Source: Vulcanimicrobiota bacterium
Lineage (GTDB): Bacteria; Vulcanimicrobiota; Vulcanimicrobiia; Vulcanimicrobiales; Vulcanimicrobiaceae
Direction: 5' to 3'
Assembly: GCA_963704715.1 (NCBI GenBank)
Contig: OY969933.1
Coordinates: forward strand, 135,091 to 199,090
Length of the DNA stretch: 64,000 bases
The notes below the pieces were generated by a model that worked only from the letters and a program-made list of their open reading frames with translations, ran no database searches and was not told the DNA's origin. Positions 1 through 10,057 of this stretch are shown here, piece by piece. The translations under genes were made by a program, and so were the position numbers. Positions within the stretch are counted from its first letter, which is position 1, and every line of letters begins with the position of its first letter.

Positions 1-1
1 C

Positions 2-331
2 GGCATCCGCGTCTGGGGTGTGAAGTTTCACGACGAAATGACCCGGCGTCAGTTCGTCACCGAGGTCACCGACCTCATTGTCCGAGCGTACGCGGCGGCA
101 CCGGCGGTCGAAGAAGTCGACGTCTGGGCCAGCGTGCCGATCGAAGTCGCGAAGGGCGAAATCGTCAGCGGCGACCTCGCCGTTCCCACGTCGCGAACCG
201 TCTTCAGCATTAGCTCGCGTCGCGGCGAGCCGCCCACCGAGATTGAAGCGCGCGCGAACGGCCTGCGCGAAGGGGTGTACTGGGACGAAGAATGGGCGCG
301 CACCGCCTTTGCGAAACAAGGGGGACTCTAG
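2..331 (+). CDS. hypothetical protein, C-terminal fragment (5' end probably off-window)
   Basis: The frame stays open from the window edge to TAG 329-331 (ORF track 20..331). No motif I recognise. Confidence 0.35.
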   Translation, partial: GIRVWGVKFHDEMTRRQFVTEVTDLIVRAYAAAPAVEEVDVWASVPIEVAKGEIVSGDLAVPTSRTVFSISSRRGEPPTEIEARANGLREGVYWDEEWARTAFAKQGGL

Positions 332-339
332 CCGAACCG

Positions 340-1596
340 ATGTATCGCAAAACGACGCTGCCCAGTGGATTACGCGTGCTGACCGAAGCCATGCCGGCGG
401 TGCGTTCGGTTTCGATCGGTATTTGGGCCGACGTCGGCTCATCGCTAGAGACCCACGAGTATCGCGGCATATCGCATCTCGTCGAGCACATGCTGTTCAA
501 GGGCACGCGGCGCCGCAGCGCGCGAGCGATCGCCGAAACCATCGACGGCGTGGGCGGAAATCTCAACGCGTTCACCGACAAAGAATCGACCTGCTACTAT
601 GCCAAGGTCATCGACCATCACGTGCCGCTGGCGACGAACGTCATCGCCGACATGTTCCTCAACTCGGTCTTCGATTCGGGCGAACTCCGCAAAGAACAGA
701 AGGTCGTGCTGGAAGAGATCAAGATGTACGAGGACTCGCCCGACGAGCTGATCCACGACCTCTTCCTGCAAACCATGTGGAGCGGCGCCAATCTTGGCGA
801 GCCGACGATCGGGTTTACCGATACGGTCGTGCGTTTCACGCCCGACGATTTGCGCGAGCATATGAAACGGCATTACGCGCCGAATGCCGTCGTCGTCGCG
901 GCGGCCGGAAATCTCGAGCACGAGCGCTTTGCGGAGATGGTCGAGCGTGAGTTCGCCGCGTTCGGCGGCGCATGCGCGCAACCCCAGCCCGAAGCGCCCC
1001 AAACGACTCCGAACCGTTTGATTCGCCACAAGGACTCGGAGCAAGCCTACGTGGTGGTGGGGACGCGAGGCCTTTCGGTGCGCGACGAACGGCGCTACAC
1101 GCTGTCGCTGCTCGATACGCTGCTCGGCGGCGGCATGTCGAGCCGCCTGTTCCAAGAGATTCGTGAAAAGCGGGGTCTGGTCTACACCGTCTATTCGTTC
1201 CAAGCCGCCTACCGCGGCGCCGGACTCTTCGGCGTGTACGCGGGCACGTCGCCCGAAAACGTGCAGTCGTATCTCGACCTGGTATCCGAGCAATTTGCGA
1301 AGGTGCGTAATCTGCGCGTCGATTCCGGCGAGCTGCGTCTCGCCAAGGAGCACGTCAAAGGAAACCTCACGCTCTCGCTCGAGTCGACCTCGAGCCGCAT
1401 GATTCGTTTGGGCCGCAACGAGTTTGCGCTGGGCCGGCACGTGACTCCGGAGGAGATCGAGCAACGCATCGACGCGGTCACCGCCGGTGAGGTGCAGGAG
1501 CTGGCGAACGAGTTGCTCGCCGAGAAGAATCTGGGACTATGCGTCATCGGCCCGGTCGACGAGTCGGCGATCGCGTGGAACCGTGACGCCGCTTAG
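340..1596 (+). CDS. M16 (pitrilysin) family zinc peptidase
   Basis: Inverted zinc motif HxxEH in 'ISHLVEHMLFKG'. The N-terminus 'MYRKTTLPSGLRVL' is typical of M16B. ATG 340 chosen inside track ORF 292..1596. Confidence 0.85.
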   Translation: MYRKTTLPSGLRVLTEAMPAVRSVSIGIWADVGSSLETHEYRGISHLVEHMLFKGTRRRSARAIAETIDGVGGNLNAFTDKESTCYYAKVIDHHVPLATNVIADMFLNSVFDSGELRKEQKVVLEEIKMYEDSPDELIHDLFLQTMWSGANLGEPTIGFTDTVVRFTPDDLREHMKRHYAPNAVVVAAAGNLEHERFAEMVEREFAAFGGACAQPQPEAPQTTPNRLIRHKDSEQAYVVVGTRGLSVRDERRYTLSLLDTLLGGGMSSRLFQEIREKRGLVYTVYSFQAAYRGAGLFGVYAGTSPENVQSYLDLVSEQFAKVRNLRVDSGELRLAKEHVKGNLTLSLESTSSRMIRLGRNEFALGRHVTPEEIEQRIDAVTAGEVQELANELLAEKNLGLCVIGPVDESAIAWNRDAA

Positions 1597-2506
1597 GATC
1601 GTCAGCGAGACGCAGGCCGGCTTTCCCTTTTGGACCTGGCAGCTTGTCGTTGCGCTGATCGTCAACGCGATCGTTCAGGCAATACAGATCGGCGCCTACG
1701 CGGCGCGGCTGGCGGGCGTACGCACCGGTCGAATCGCCACCTCGATCTCGCTCTTCAACCTCTTCGTCACGGCCAGCCGCCTCGCGACCCTCGTCTATAC
1801 GTTGATGCTCGGACCGCTCGCCGACGCCGCCGGCAATACGGTTAAGGCGCTGCTGCCGCACTTCCCCAGTACGGCGATCTCGCCGCTGCGGGCGGACGCT
1901 ATCGCGGGCGTGCAGCACACGTTCGAGTGGCAGTTGCGAGCGATTATCATTGCGGGCACGATCGGAACCGTCATCGGCAGCCTGCTGCTGCCGGCCTTCA
2001 CCTACACGTACGTGCGCGGCGTTCGATCCTTCGAGCGCACGAAGTCGGTGCCGCATTCGCTCGTGCGGCTCTTCGACGTGAGGGTGATCGGCGCGATCTT
2101 CCAGCGAATTCGCGTGCCGCACTATCGCGAGATTTTTGCCTTCTCGACCAGCGGCATTCCGCGCCGCCTCCTGGTGTTCAACGTGGTGGTTACCGGCGTC
2201 TACGCGATCGGCGTGGTGGCCGCATACTACGCCAGCGTTTTGGACGTCAACGTCGCGCGCACCGCGATCGGCATCTCGGGCATCGTCAACGGCATCGGGA
2301 CGGTTGCGTTTACGCTCTTCGTGGACCCCACCTCGTCGATCATCGTCGACGAAGCCGTCAAGGGCGAACGTCCGCACGCCGAAGTGAAATCCATGGTCTT
2401 CTACCTGGCGGCGTCGGCGATCGTCGGCTGGCTGCTCTCGCAGCTCATCCTGTGGCCGGCGGCGGAAATCATCAAGGTGGTGGCGCATCTGGTGAACCGT
2501 GGATGA
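1583..2506 (+). CDS. amj: lipid II flippase Amj-like membrane protein (DUF2837)
   Basis: Multi-TM protein. 'YAARLAGVRTGRIATSISLFNLFVTASRLA', 'FVDPTSSIIVDE' and 'LLSQLILWPAAEII' match my recollection of Amj/YdaH. The track start 1487 lies inside the M16 gene, so GTG 1583 (14-nt overlap) is chosen; the start is uncertain. Confidence 0.6.
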   Translation: MTPLRIVSETQAGFPFWTWQLVVALIVNAIVQAIQIGAYAARLAGVRTGRIATSISLFNLFVTASRLATLVYTLMLGPLADAAGNTVKALLPHFPSTAISPLRADAIAGVQHTFEWQLRAIIIAGTIGTVIGSLLLPAFTYTYVRGVRSFERTKSVPHSLVRLFDVRVIGAIFQRIRVPHYREIFAFSTSGIPRRLLVFNVVVTGVYAIGVVAAYYASVLDVNVARTAIGISGIVNGIGTVAFTLFVDPTSSIIVDEAVKGERPHAEVKSMVFYLAASAIVGWLLSQLILWPAAEIIKVVAHLVNRG

Positions 2507-3162
2507 GCGGGGTACCGATGCTTAGGCGGGTCGCCGCACTGGCGCTCGCACTTGGAATGACGGGATGCGCGGGCTCGATCCAGCAGTGGATCGTGAACGC
2601 GCGCGTGCACCAAGGCCAGATCGCCCTCGAGCGCGGCGACGTGCGGGATGCGGAGCTCGCGTACCGCTTGGCGCTGCGCGTCGATCCGAAAGATCCGCGG
2701 GCGCAAGCGGGTTACGTGCGCGCGGCAGCCGGTTTCGCACAGGAGCAGTATGCCAAAGGAAACTTCGACGATGCGCTGGCGACGATCCGCGACGGTCTCG
2801 CGATCGATCCGCAGAGCGTGCACCTAGCCGCGCTCAAGCGGACCGTTGACGCGGCCCGTCTCGAGCGCGAGATCGTCGTGTCGAACTATCCCAGTTATCG
2901 TGAGGCCGGTTCGGCGTTGGCGCGCTCGTACGAACAGCTGCAGGTGACGAACAGGCAGCTGGTGCGCAGTCTGAAGCGCTTCTCCAACACGTTCGACGAT
3001 GCGGATCTCGTCAGCGCGATCAAGCGGAGCTACGAGTTGCAGCTCGACGCGGCCAAGAACGCCAACCGTCTCATTGCCTACCGCCAGCTCGTGATGTCGG
3101 GCCTGCCGGCGAACGCCACCGAGGCGGCGCCGTCGACGGCGTCGCTGCTGCCGCTGCCCTAG
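2503..3162 (+). CDS. TPR-like lipoprotein
   Basis: ATG 2503 overlaps the upstream TGA (ATGA). Signal peptide plus lipobox 'LALALGMTGC'. TPR-like segments 'AELAYRLALRVDPKDPRAQAGY' and 'FDDALATIRDGLAIDPQS'. The rest of track ORF 1927..3162 is a shadow frame. Confidence 0.6.
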   Translation: MSGVPMLRRVAALALALGMTGCAGSIQQWIVNARVHQGQIALERGDVRDAELAYRLALRVDPKDPRAQAGYVRAAAGFAQEQYAKGNFDDALATIRDGLAIDPQSVHLAALKRTVDAARLEREIVVSNYPSYREAGSALARSYEQLQVTNRQLVRSLKRFSNTFDDADLVSAIKRSYELQLDAAKNANRLIAYRQLVMSGLPANATEAAPSTASLLPLP

Positions 3163-3173
3163 GAGACCGCTCG

Positions 3174-3956
3174 ATGTTCGAATGGCTCGAAACGCTGCCG
3201 GCCTTCGTCTCGGGAACGCTTATCGTTGCCGGATTCGTTGCGGCCTCGCTGGTCATCGCCTACATCGTCGATAAGGCCTCGCCGCGAGACCTCCGCATCG
3301 AGCACAACGATTTGGCCGGTTTCATCCTGGCGGTCATCGGTGTCATCTATGCGGTGCTGCTCGCCTTCGTGACGATCGGCGTGTGGGAGCGCTTCGAGGG
3401 CGCCGAAGCGCGCAGTTACGAGGAGGCGGCGGCGCTCACGGCAATCTATCGCGACGCATCCTCGTTCGAAGAGCGCCCGGAGCTGCGCGCGGCGGTCCGC
3501 GGCTACGTCGAGACGTTGCTGGCCGACGAGTGGCCGCGGATGGCGCGCGGAGAAGAATCTCCCACGGCCGATGCCAAGATGGAACGGATCGATGCGATGG
3601 TCCGCGGCCTGAAGGTTACCTCGCAATCGCATCAGGACGTGCACGACCAAATGCTGGCAGAACTCAACGTGGCGCTGGGCGACCGCGACGCGCGCCTGGC
3701 CGAAGATGCCACCGGCCTCAACGGCGTCATGTGGTTCGTCCTACTGCTCGGAGCGTTCGTGACGATCGGATTTACGAGTCTATTCGGATTCAGGCGCGAC
3801 GTCATGCAGTACGTCATGATCGGGACGCTCGCGCTGCTCATCGGGCTCGTGCTCTTCCTGGCGATCGCGCTCAACTATCCGTATCGCGGGACGGTCACCG
3901 TCGAACCGAAAGCATTTCACACCGCCCTGCATACCTTCACCGCGCTCGGCCCTTAG
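3174..3956 (+). CDS. DUF4239-like membrane protein
   Basis: Two N-terminal and two C-terminal TM helices flank a soluble helical region. The pattern 'GVIYAVLLAFVTIGVWERF...ALNYPYRG' resembles DUF4239. Confidence 0.55.
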   Translation: MFEWLETLPAFVSGTLIVAGFVAASLVIAYIVDKASPRDLRIEHNDLAGFILAVIGVIYAVLLAFVTIGVWERFEGAEARSYEEAAALTAIYRDASSFEERPELRAAVRGYVETLLADEWPRMARGEESPTADAKMERIDAMVRGLKVTSQSHQDVHDQMLAELNVALGDRDARLAEDATGLNGVMWFVLLLGAFVTIGFTSLFGFRRDVMQYVMIGTLALLIGLVLFLAIALNYPYRGTVTVEPKAFHTALHTFTALGP

Positions 3957-5629
3957 GAAAGGCCCAATTTGTCCCAACTCGTCGTCAGCTCGGGGGTGCA
4001 TAACGGAGCGTGCGCGTCGAGGAACGCTCGTCCCGCACCTTTGCGCTCCGCAGAACGAAACGCGCGCCAGAAGGACTTCGCGTTCGGAATTTCCTTGGCG
4101 GGATCGGTTTCGTAGACGATCCACTGCGCGCGAGGGTCAAGCACCGGGTAGCGCTGGAGGAACGCGCAGAGTTCGACGTTGCGGCGCAGACGGTTGTCTT
4201 CGATGGAGATGAAGTACCGCGCGCCCTTGCGGATCGCGCTTTCTTCGTCGAAGGGCGTCCACAGCAGCGGGTCTTCCTCCCAGCCGAAGCGGTCGATGTA
4301 ATACTGGACGTCCGGGCCGTAGTGTCCGATGACGATGAGAGCATTGCGATCGAGGGTCGCGTCGAGATAGGTTGCGTGGCGGTACGCGATGCGATTGTAG
4401 GCGTAGTAGGCTGCCACGGCCGAGCGCCCTTGCAGCAGCACGCCGACCGCCAGCAGCGGTACGACTGCAAACAGCGCCCAGCGTGCGGCGGCGGCGGCGT
4501 CGGCATCGAGCGCACCGCGGGCTAAGCGCGCGGCAGCGCCGCCCAGCACCAGCGCGCACAGCGGGACGAGCGGCAGCATGTAGTAGTCGACGCGTTCTAC
4601 CGTCACGACGACGAAGACGTAGAGCATCCCGGCGCCCAGCCACGCCCAGAGCAGCGGCGCGCTGCGCACGCGAATAAACGGCAACGCAATCAGCGAGAGG
4701 ATCGTCGCAAAGAACGCGGCGTTGCCGAGGATACGCTGGCGAAAGAGTCCCAAGACCGCGAAAAATGCGCTCAGCTTCGCGCCGAATGCAGAGAGGCCCG
4801 CGAAGCTCGCGCGCAGCGCGGGCAGGACGTGCAAGGTCGTGATGCCGCTGGCCCAATGCCACTCGGCGTACGACGCGACGCGCCGGTCGTAGAGCCAGAG
4901 AATGACCAACGGCACGATCACGAGCACGCCCGCAGCGGTGGGCCGCGTCGGCATGCCCGCGCGTGCGCGCTGCCACACCATCGCGAGCACCGGCACGACG
5001 GCCAACACCGCAACGGGCTTTGCCAAATACGCAAACGTGAGGAGTGCCGCGGTGCGCGCGAGCGCCCGCGGACCGATCGACCCGTCCTCGAGCAGCAGCC
5101 GAAGCGCCGAGTAGAGCGCCGCGGTGAGAAAAAAGACCATTGCGGCGTCCGGCATGAAGGTCCGCCCGTAGTAAACGCTTCCGGGAAATACCGCGAAAAA
5201 AAAGCTCGCGGCCAGTCCGGCCGCGCCGCTCGCAAAAAGCCAGCGGCCGAAGTAGGCGACCACGACGACGGTTGCGAGGCTGAAGGCGATCGAGACGAGA
5301 CGTCCGATGACGACCTGGATGCCGAACACCTTGTAGAGCGTTGCGGCGAGGAACGGCACGATCTGCAGTTCGAGTTCCACGTAATTGGGAGGGGCGCCGT
5401 TGTAGGTGGTCTGAGGACGCATGAGATCGTATTGCAGACGCACGAAATTTCGCGCGATGCTCGCCGTGTCGCCCTGCCGCCATCCCGGATGATCGAGGAT
5501 CGGGTTGTGAATCCCGTGCAGACGCAACGCCAGCCCGAGCACGACGACCAGAAGCACGCCGAGCGTCCACCAGGTCTGCAGCCCGGATGCGGCGATCCCG
5601 ACGCGCGCGTTCGCGCCTTCTAGCGTCAT
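3953..5629 (-). CDS. GT-C fold glycosyltransferase, ArnT/PMT-like (GT39/GT83 type)
   Basis: 558 aa with more than 10 TM helices. The first loop 'LRLHGIHNPILDHPGWRQGDTASIARNF' is typical of polyprenyl-phosphate-sugar dependent GT-C enzymes. A soluble C-terminal domain follows. Confidence 0.7.
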   Translation of the reverse strand: MTLEGANARVGIAASGLQTWWTLGVLLVVVLGLALRLHGIHNPILDHPGWRQGDTASIARNFVRLQYDLMRPQTTYNGAPPNYVELELQIVPFLAATLYKVFGIQVVIGRLVSIAFSLATVVVVAYFGRWLFASGAAGLAASFFFAVFPGSVYYGRTFMPDAAMVFFLTAALYSALRLLLEDGSIGPRALARTAALLTFAYLAKPVAVLAVVPVLAMVWQRARAGMPTRPTAAGVLVIVPLVILWLYDRRVASYAEWHWASGITTLHVLPALRASFAGLSAFGAKLSAFFAVLGLFRQRILGNAAFFATILSLIALPFIRVRSAPLLWAWLGAGMLYVFVVVTVERVDYYMLPLVPLCALVLGGAAARLARGALDADAAAAARWALFAVVPLLAVGVLLQGRSAVAAYYAYNRIAYRHATYLDATLDRNALIVIGHYGPDVQYYIDRFGWEEDPLLWTPFDEESAIRKGARYFISIEDNRLRRNVELCAFLQRYPVLDPRAQWIVYETDPAKEIPNAKSFWRAFRSAERKGAGRAFLDAHAPLCTPELTTSWDKLGLS

Positions 5630-5633
5630 GACG

Positions 5634-6074
5634 CTACCGTGGTTTGAACGTCCAATACTTATTCAGAAAGAAATTGATGAAGATGCCGCTCAGGTTCGCG
5701 ACGAACCACGTCTTGTGTCCGTGTCCGAGCCACGGGCTCACGACTGCGGAGACGATCAGTCCGGCGGCCAACGCGATCACCGAGACGCTCAGAAACTGCG
5801 CGCCCTCGCGCACCGCGTGACCGGTCGAACGAAACGTCCATATTCGGTTGAGATAGTAGTTCGACACGCCGCCGGCCAAGAACGCCGCCGAGTAGATCAA
5901 GTCGTACTGCAGCGGTTTGGTGTGATCCGGGACGACCCGCTGCAACAGCGTGAAGACGACGAGATTGATGAGAAATCCCGACGCGCCTACGATGCCGAAC
6001 TTGACGAACTGGCGCACTCCGCGCCTCTGCGCGATCGAATGCAGCGCGTTAGGCAACCCAATACCAGTCTGCAA
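5634..6074 (-). CDS. GtrA family membrane protein
   Basis: 146 aa with 4 TM helices. 'RQFVKFGIVGASGFLINLVVFTLL' and C-terminal 'NFFLNKYWTF' are GtrA hallmarks. Confidence 0.8.
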   Translation of the reverse strand: MQTGIGLPNALHSIAQRRGVRQFVKFGIVGASGFLINLVVFTLLQRVVPDHTKPLQYDLIYSAAFLAGGVSNYYLNRIWTFRSTGHAVREGAQFLSVSVIALAAGLIVSAVVSPWLGHGHKTWFVANLSGIFINFFLNKYWTFKPR

Positions 6075-7569
6075 AGAGCACCGTGAAAAGGCCGAGCAGC
6101 GGCAGCGAGAAGGCCAGGATGAGATTGTTGACCCAGGGGCGCTCGCCCCAGCGAGCCATAATGGCGAACATCGGGAACAGCACGAGCGCGAACCGCGGCA
6201 TCGACATCAAGCTCGACGTCGACATCGGAACGAGGATCGAAAGCGCGAGGTAGGCGATGTACGACGGTCGCAACTGCTTCCAACCGCCGGCGAGCACCGC
6301 AATCATGAGGACCGTGAACGCGATCTCGAGCGACTCGTTGGCGAGAATCTGCCCGTTCGGTGCGTGCGCGATCTTGTGAATCGAGTTGAACACGCTCACC
6401 CACGGCAGCGCGAGATGCCGGTTCCAGTGACTCTGGACGTGTGAGAAGTAGAGCGGATCGGCTCGCAATACCCAGAGGTAGGCCATATAGACGGAGAGCC
6501 CCAGCGGAACGAGGATCGCGGCCAGCAAATTCCAGACCCCGCGCAGCGGATCGCTGCGATACTGCGCGTACCATTCGATGACGAACGGAACGACCAGAAG
6601 AACGCCTTCCACGCGCGTCAAAGCGGCAAAGAAGCCGATGGCGCCGGCGAGCCACCAGCGATGCGCCCGCATGTAGTAAAACGACGCGACCGTCAGCATG
6701 AAGAAGAGCGACTCGGTATAGACCGCCGAGAAGAACACGGCCGACGGAAAGACCGAAACGTAAAAGATCGCGCGCCGCGCGACGCCGCGATCGTACTCGT
6801 GCTCGAGCAGCTTATAGAGAAAGAGCAACCCGAAAAAGAAGGACGCGTTCGAAACGAGGAGTCCGGCGATGAGATGATTGCCGGCGAGCGCGCCTACCAC
6901 GCGAATCAGGAACGGATAGAGCGGAAAGAACGCCATGTCCGTCCCCTGATAGCCCTTGCTGGCGACGTCGATGTAGTGCACGGCGTCCCACCGTCCCCAG
7001 ACGGCGAGCAAGACGTGACTGGACTCCTGAACGTGCGTGCCGGCACGCTGACCGATGATCGAAGCGGCGAGTTCCGCAATGACGATGATCGCCGCCCGCG
7101 TGGCGACGAAGTCCAGCAGTACTTCGCGGACGGTTTGATTGAAACGCGCGGCGATGAGCACCTTGACGACGCAGAACATCGTCGCGGCAACCAAGAACAG
7201 GCGCGCGCCGTGCGTGATCTGCGGCGGCAGCACGAAGGTGAGCCATAACAGAAGAAACGGCAGCCACGAAAGGGCGTCGTAGCGCAGCGAACGCGCAAGC
7301 GTCGTCCCGGAGCGGCGAGAAAAGTAGCGGGCGTAGCCGAGCCACGCAGCCAGGGCCGCGACGGCAAATCCCGGTACCGCGACGAGCAGCCCGAATTGAG
7401 CGAAAAACGCGTCGTGGCGCGGCACGATCACCGCGTACCATGCAAAGAACCCGAGCGTGAGGCCGCCCAGAGCGACGGCCGCGAGCGGGAGCCAACCCGA
7501 AACGAGCAATTCGTCGAGGCGAGCCCAGCGCAAACGCAACGTTTGAGACGGGTGCGAAAAGGTGGACAC
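6049..7569 (-). CDS. GT-C fold mannosyltransferase-like membrane protein (PIG-V/DUF2029-like)
   Basis: The track ORF runs 6049..8598, but its upstream 343 codons are antisense to glpX. GTG 7569 is preceded by AAGGAG with a 7-nt spacer. Multi-TM; 'MAFFPLYPFLIRV...FYVSVFPSAVFFSAVYTESLFF' resembles the PIG-V-type family. Confidence 0.6.
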   Translation of the reverse strand: MSTFSHPSQTLRLRWARLDELLVSGWLPLAAVALGGLTLGFFAWYAVIVPRHDAFFAQFGLLVAVPGFAVAALAAWLGYARYFSRRSGTTLARSLRYDALSWLPFLLLWLTFVLPPQITHGARLFLVAATMFCVVKVLIAARFNQTVREVLLDFVATRAAIIVIAELAASIIGQRAGTHVQESSHVLLAVWGRWDAVHYIDVASKGYQGTDMAFFPLYPFLIRVVGALAGNHLIAGLLVSNASFFFGLLFLYKLLEHEYDRGVARRAIFYVSVFPSAVFFSAVYTESLFFMLTVASFYYMRAHRWWLAGAIGFFAALTRVEGVLLVVPFVIEWYAQYRSDPLRGVWNLLAAILVPLGLSVYMAYLWVLRADPLYFSHVQSHWNRHLALPWVSVFNSIHKIAHAPNGQILANESLEIAFTVLMIAVLAGGWKQLRPSYIAYLALSILVPMSTSSLMSMPRFALVLFPMFAIMARWGERPWVNNLILAFSLPLLGLFTVLFADWYWVA

Positions 7570-7623
7570 GGCGAAACTCCTTTTTAAGAGGATAACCGGC
7601 GCTTCCTTTTGTAGCCTGAGCGC

Positions 7624-8607
7624 ATGGCACGCTCGGTCGCGCACACCGTTTTCAACCATCCGGTCCATTCGCTCGATTTCGTCAAGGTCACCGAAAGCGC
7701 GGCGCTGGCCGCGTCGCGCTGGATGGGCCGCGGCGAGCGCGACGCCGCCGACGGCGCCGCGGTCGAAAAAATGCGCGAAGCATTGGGCGAAATGGAGATT
7801 ACCGGACGCATCGTCATCGGCGAAGGCGAACGCGACGAGGCGCCGATGCTTTTTATCGGCGAGGAGGTCGGCTGCGGCGGCGAAGAGGTCGATATCGCCG
7901 TCGATCCCGTCGAAGGCACGAATCTGGTTGCAAACGGGCTTCCCAACTCGATCGCCGTGATGGCGATCTCCGAACGCGGCGGCTTGCTGCACGCTCCCGA
8001 TTCGTACATGAAAAAACTTGCGGTTGGTCCCAAAGCCGCTCCCTACGTGCACATCGACGCGCCGGTGGCCGAGAATCTCGAGGCCGTCGCCAACGCGCTC
8101 GAAAAACCGATCAACGACATCTGCGTGGTGATCCTCGATCGACCGCGGCACGCGGCATTGATCGACGAAGTTCGGGCGGCCGGTGCGCGCATTCGGCTCA
8201 TTTCCGACGGCGACGTCGATGCGTGCATCGCCACCGCGATCGATTCGACCGGCATTCACGTCGCGATGGGCACCGGAGGAGCTCCCGAAGGCGTGCTCGC
8301 CGCGGCCGCGATCAAATGTTTGGGCGGCAATTTCATGGGCCGATTGCAGCCGCGCAATCAAGAAGAAGCCGATCGCGCGATTGCCATGGGGTTCGGGGAA
8401 CTGGATCGCGTCCTGCAGATCGACGATCTGGTCAAGAGCGACAACGTCATCTTCTGCGCGACCGGGATAACGGACGGGGACTTGGTACGGGGCGTGCGCT
8501 TTTACGGAAACCAGGCACGAACCCACTCCATCCACGTGCATTCCGTGGGCACGGTGCGCTTCATCGAATCGATCCACCGGCTCGGCGCCCGTCCGCACGG
8601 ACGATAG
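7624..8607 (+). CDS. glpX: class II fructose-1,6-bisphosphatase
   Basis: 'VTESAALAASRWMGRGERDAAD', 'DIAVDPVEGTN' and 'GTGGAPEGVLAAAA' are GlpX signatures. 327 aa. Confidence 0.9.
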   Translation: MARSVAHTVFNHPVHSLDFVKVTESAALAASRWMGRGERDAADGAAVEKMREALGEMEITGRIVIGEGERDEAPMLFIGEEVGCGGEEVDIAVDPVEGTNLVANGLPNSIAVMAISERGGLLHAPDSYMKKLAVGPKAAPYVHIDAPVAENLEAVANALEKPINDICVVILDRPRHAALIDEVRAAGARIRLISDGDVDACIATAIDSTGIHVAMGTGGAPEGVLAAAAIKCLGGNFMGRLQPRNQEEADRAIAMGFGELDRVLQIDDLVKSDNVIFCATGITDGDLVRGVRFYGNQARTHSIHVHSVGTVRFIESIHRLGARPHGR

Positions 8608-8620
8608 GTTCCATACGGAG

Positions 8621-10057
8621 ATGATCCGGCACGCGCACGAAGTCGTGGTCGTCGGCGCGGGTTCGGGCGGCTACGCGGCGGCCCGTACGGCACGCGATTT
8701 CGGATGCGACGTTGCGCTGGTTGACGTAGGGCCCCTCGGAGGTCTCTGCATTCTGCGCGGGTGCATGCCGAGCAAAGCGCTGTTGGCGTCGAGCGACGCG
8801 CTGCAGGACGCGCGCGATGCGGGTGCACTCGGCATTCGCATTCCATCGGCGTCCGCCGACATGCCGTTCATCGCCGCCCGCAAACGCGCCCTGGTGAAGG
8901 ACTTTGCCGATTACCGCATCGACGGCATCCACCAGTTTTCGCTCTACCTCGGAGCCGCTCGCTTTTTATCGCCGGGCGAGTTGGCGGTCGGCGACGGCGT
9001 GGTTCTGGAGTCGGATCGATTCATCATCGCGACCGGCAGCACCGTCGCGCCGCGACAGTTGCCGGGTTTAGCGGAAACCGGATTCGTCGACAGCGACGGC
9101 GTGCTCGAGTTCGAGCGCGTTCCCGCGTCGGCAATCGTGCTCGGCGGCGGTTACACGGCCTGCGAACTCGGCCAGTTTCTGGCACGCATGGGAACGAAGA
9201 CGACGATGCTGATTCGCAGCGGCCATTTGCTGACGGAGACCGACGACGACGTTGGCGACGCGTTGACCGGATATTTTCGCGATGAAGGGATCGACGTCGA
9301 AACTCGCACGACCCTGATTGCAGCGGAGCGGCGCGATGCAAAAAAGGTCGTCCGATTCCTGCAAGACGGGGCGGAACGCGAGGTTGCGGTCGAGGAGATT
9401 TTTTACGCGCTCGGCCGCACGCCCAACGTGGCAGGCCTCGGGCTCGAACGCGCGGGCATCTCCCTCGGCCCCGGCGGCGGCATCGCAGTCGACGCGACGC
9501 TGCGCACTACCAATCCGCAGATTTTTGCCGCCGGAGACGTCACGGGCGAATACATGCTGGTCCACGTGGCCATCTATCAAGGTGAAATTGCGGCGCGCAA
9601 CTCGTGCCTGCAGGGAACCGAACGCGCCGACTACCGGCTCGTCTCGGCGCATACGGTCTTCACCGATCCCCAGATTGCGGCGGTCGGGGCGAGCGAGAAG
9701 GATCTGCTCGCAGCGGGTGCGCGTTACGTCATCGGGCGATACGACTTCGCCGAACACGGCAAAGCGCAGTGTCTTGCAAAGACGAAGGGTTTCGTGAAAA
9801 TGATGGCCGACCCCGAGAGCGGCCGCATCCTCGGCGCGGCCGTCATCGGCCCCCAAGGCTCGGAGTTGATTCACGAAGTCATCGTCGCGATGAACTACGA
9901 CGCAACCGTCGTCGACTTCATGCGCATTCCGCATCTGCATCCGACGCTTGCCGAGATCTGGACGTATCCCGCCGAGATATGTGCGGCGCAACTGGGCATG
10001 CGCATCCCCGGCGACGAGCAAATGGAGGTTGCGACGAGCGTCGATGGCCGCCGTTGA
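8621..10057 (+). CDS. class-I pyridine nucleotide-disulfide oxidoreductase (dihydrolipoyl dehydrogenase / mercuric reductase-like)
   Basis: FAD site 'VVVVGAGSGGYAAA', redox disulfide 'CILRGCMPSK', second Rossmann 'AIVLGGGYTACE', and C-terminal dimerisation motif 'HLHPTLAEI'. Confidence 0.8.
   Translation: MIRHAHEVVVVGAGSGGYAAARTARDFGCDVALVDVGPLGGLCILRGCMPSKALLASSDALQDARDAGALGIRIPSASADMPFIAARKRALVKDFADYRIDGIHQFSLYLGAARFLSPGELAVGDGVVLESDRFIIATGSTVAPRQLPGLAETGFVDSDGVLEFERVPASAIVLGGGYTACELGQFLARMGTKTTMLIRSGHLLTETDDDVGDALTGYFRDEGIDVETRTTLIAAERRDAKKVVRFLQDGAEREVAVEEIFYALGRTPNVAGLGLERAGISLGPGGGIAVDATLRTTNPQIFAAGDVTGEYMLVHVAIYQGEIAARNSCLQGTERADYRLVSAHTVFTDPQIAAVGASEKDLLAAGARYVIGRYDFAEHGKAQCLAKTKGFVKMMADPESGRILGAAVIGPQGSELIHEVIVAMNYDATVVDFMRIPHLHPTLAEIWTYPAEICAAQLGMRIPGDEQMEVATSVDGRR

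Noticed and set aside
7570-8598. N-terminal 343 codons of the 849-aa minus-strand track ORF 6049..8598
   Set aside because: This part is antisense to a clear glpX gene and has Arg/Gly/Asp-rich shadow composition. A GTG with a good AAGGAG at 7569 starts the real membrane protein.
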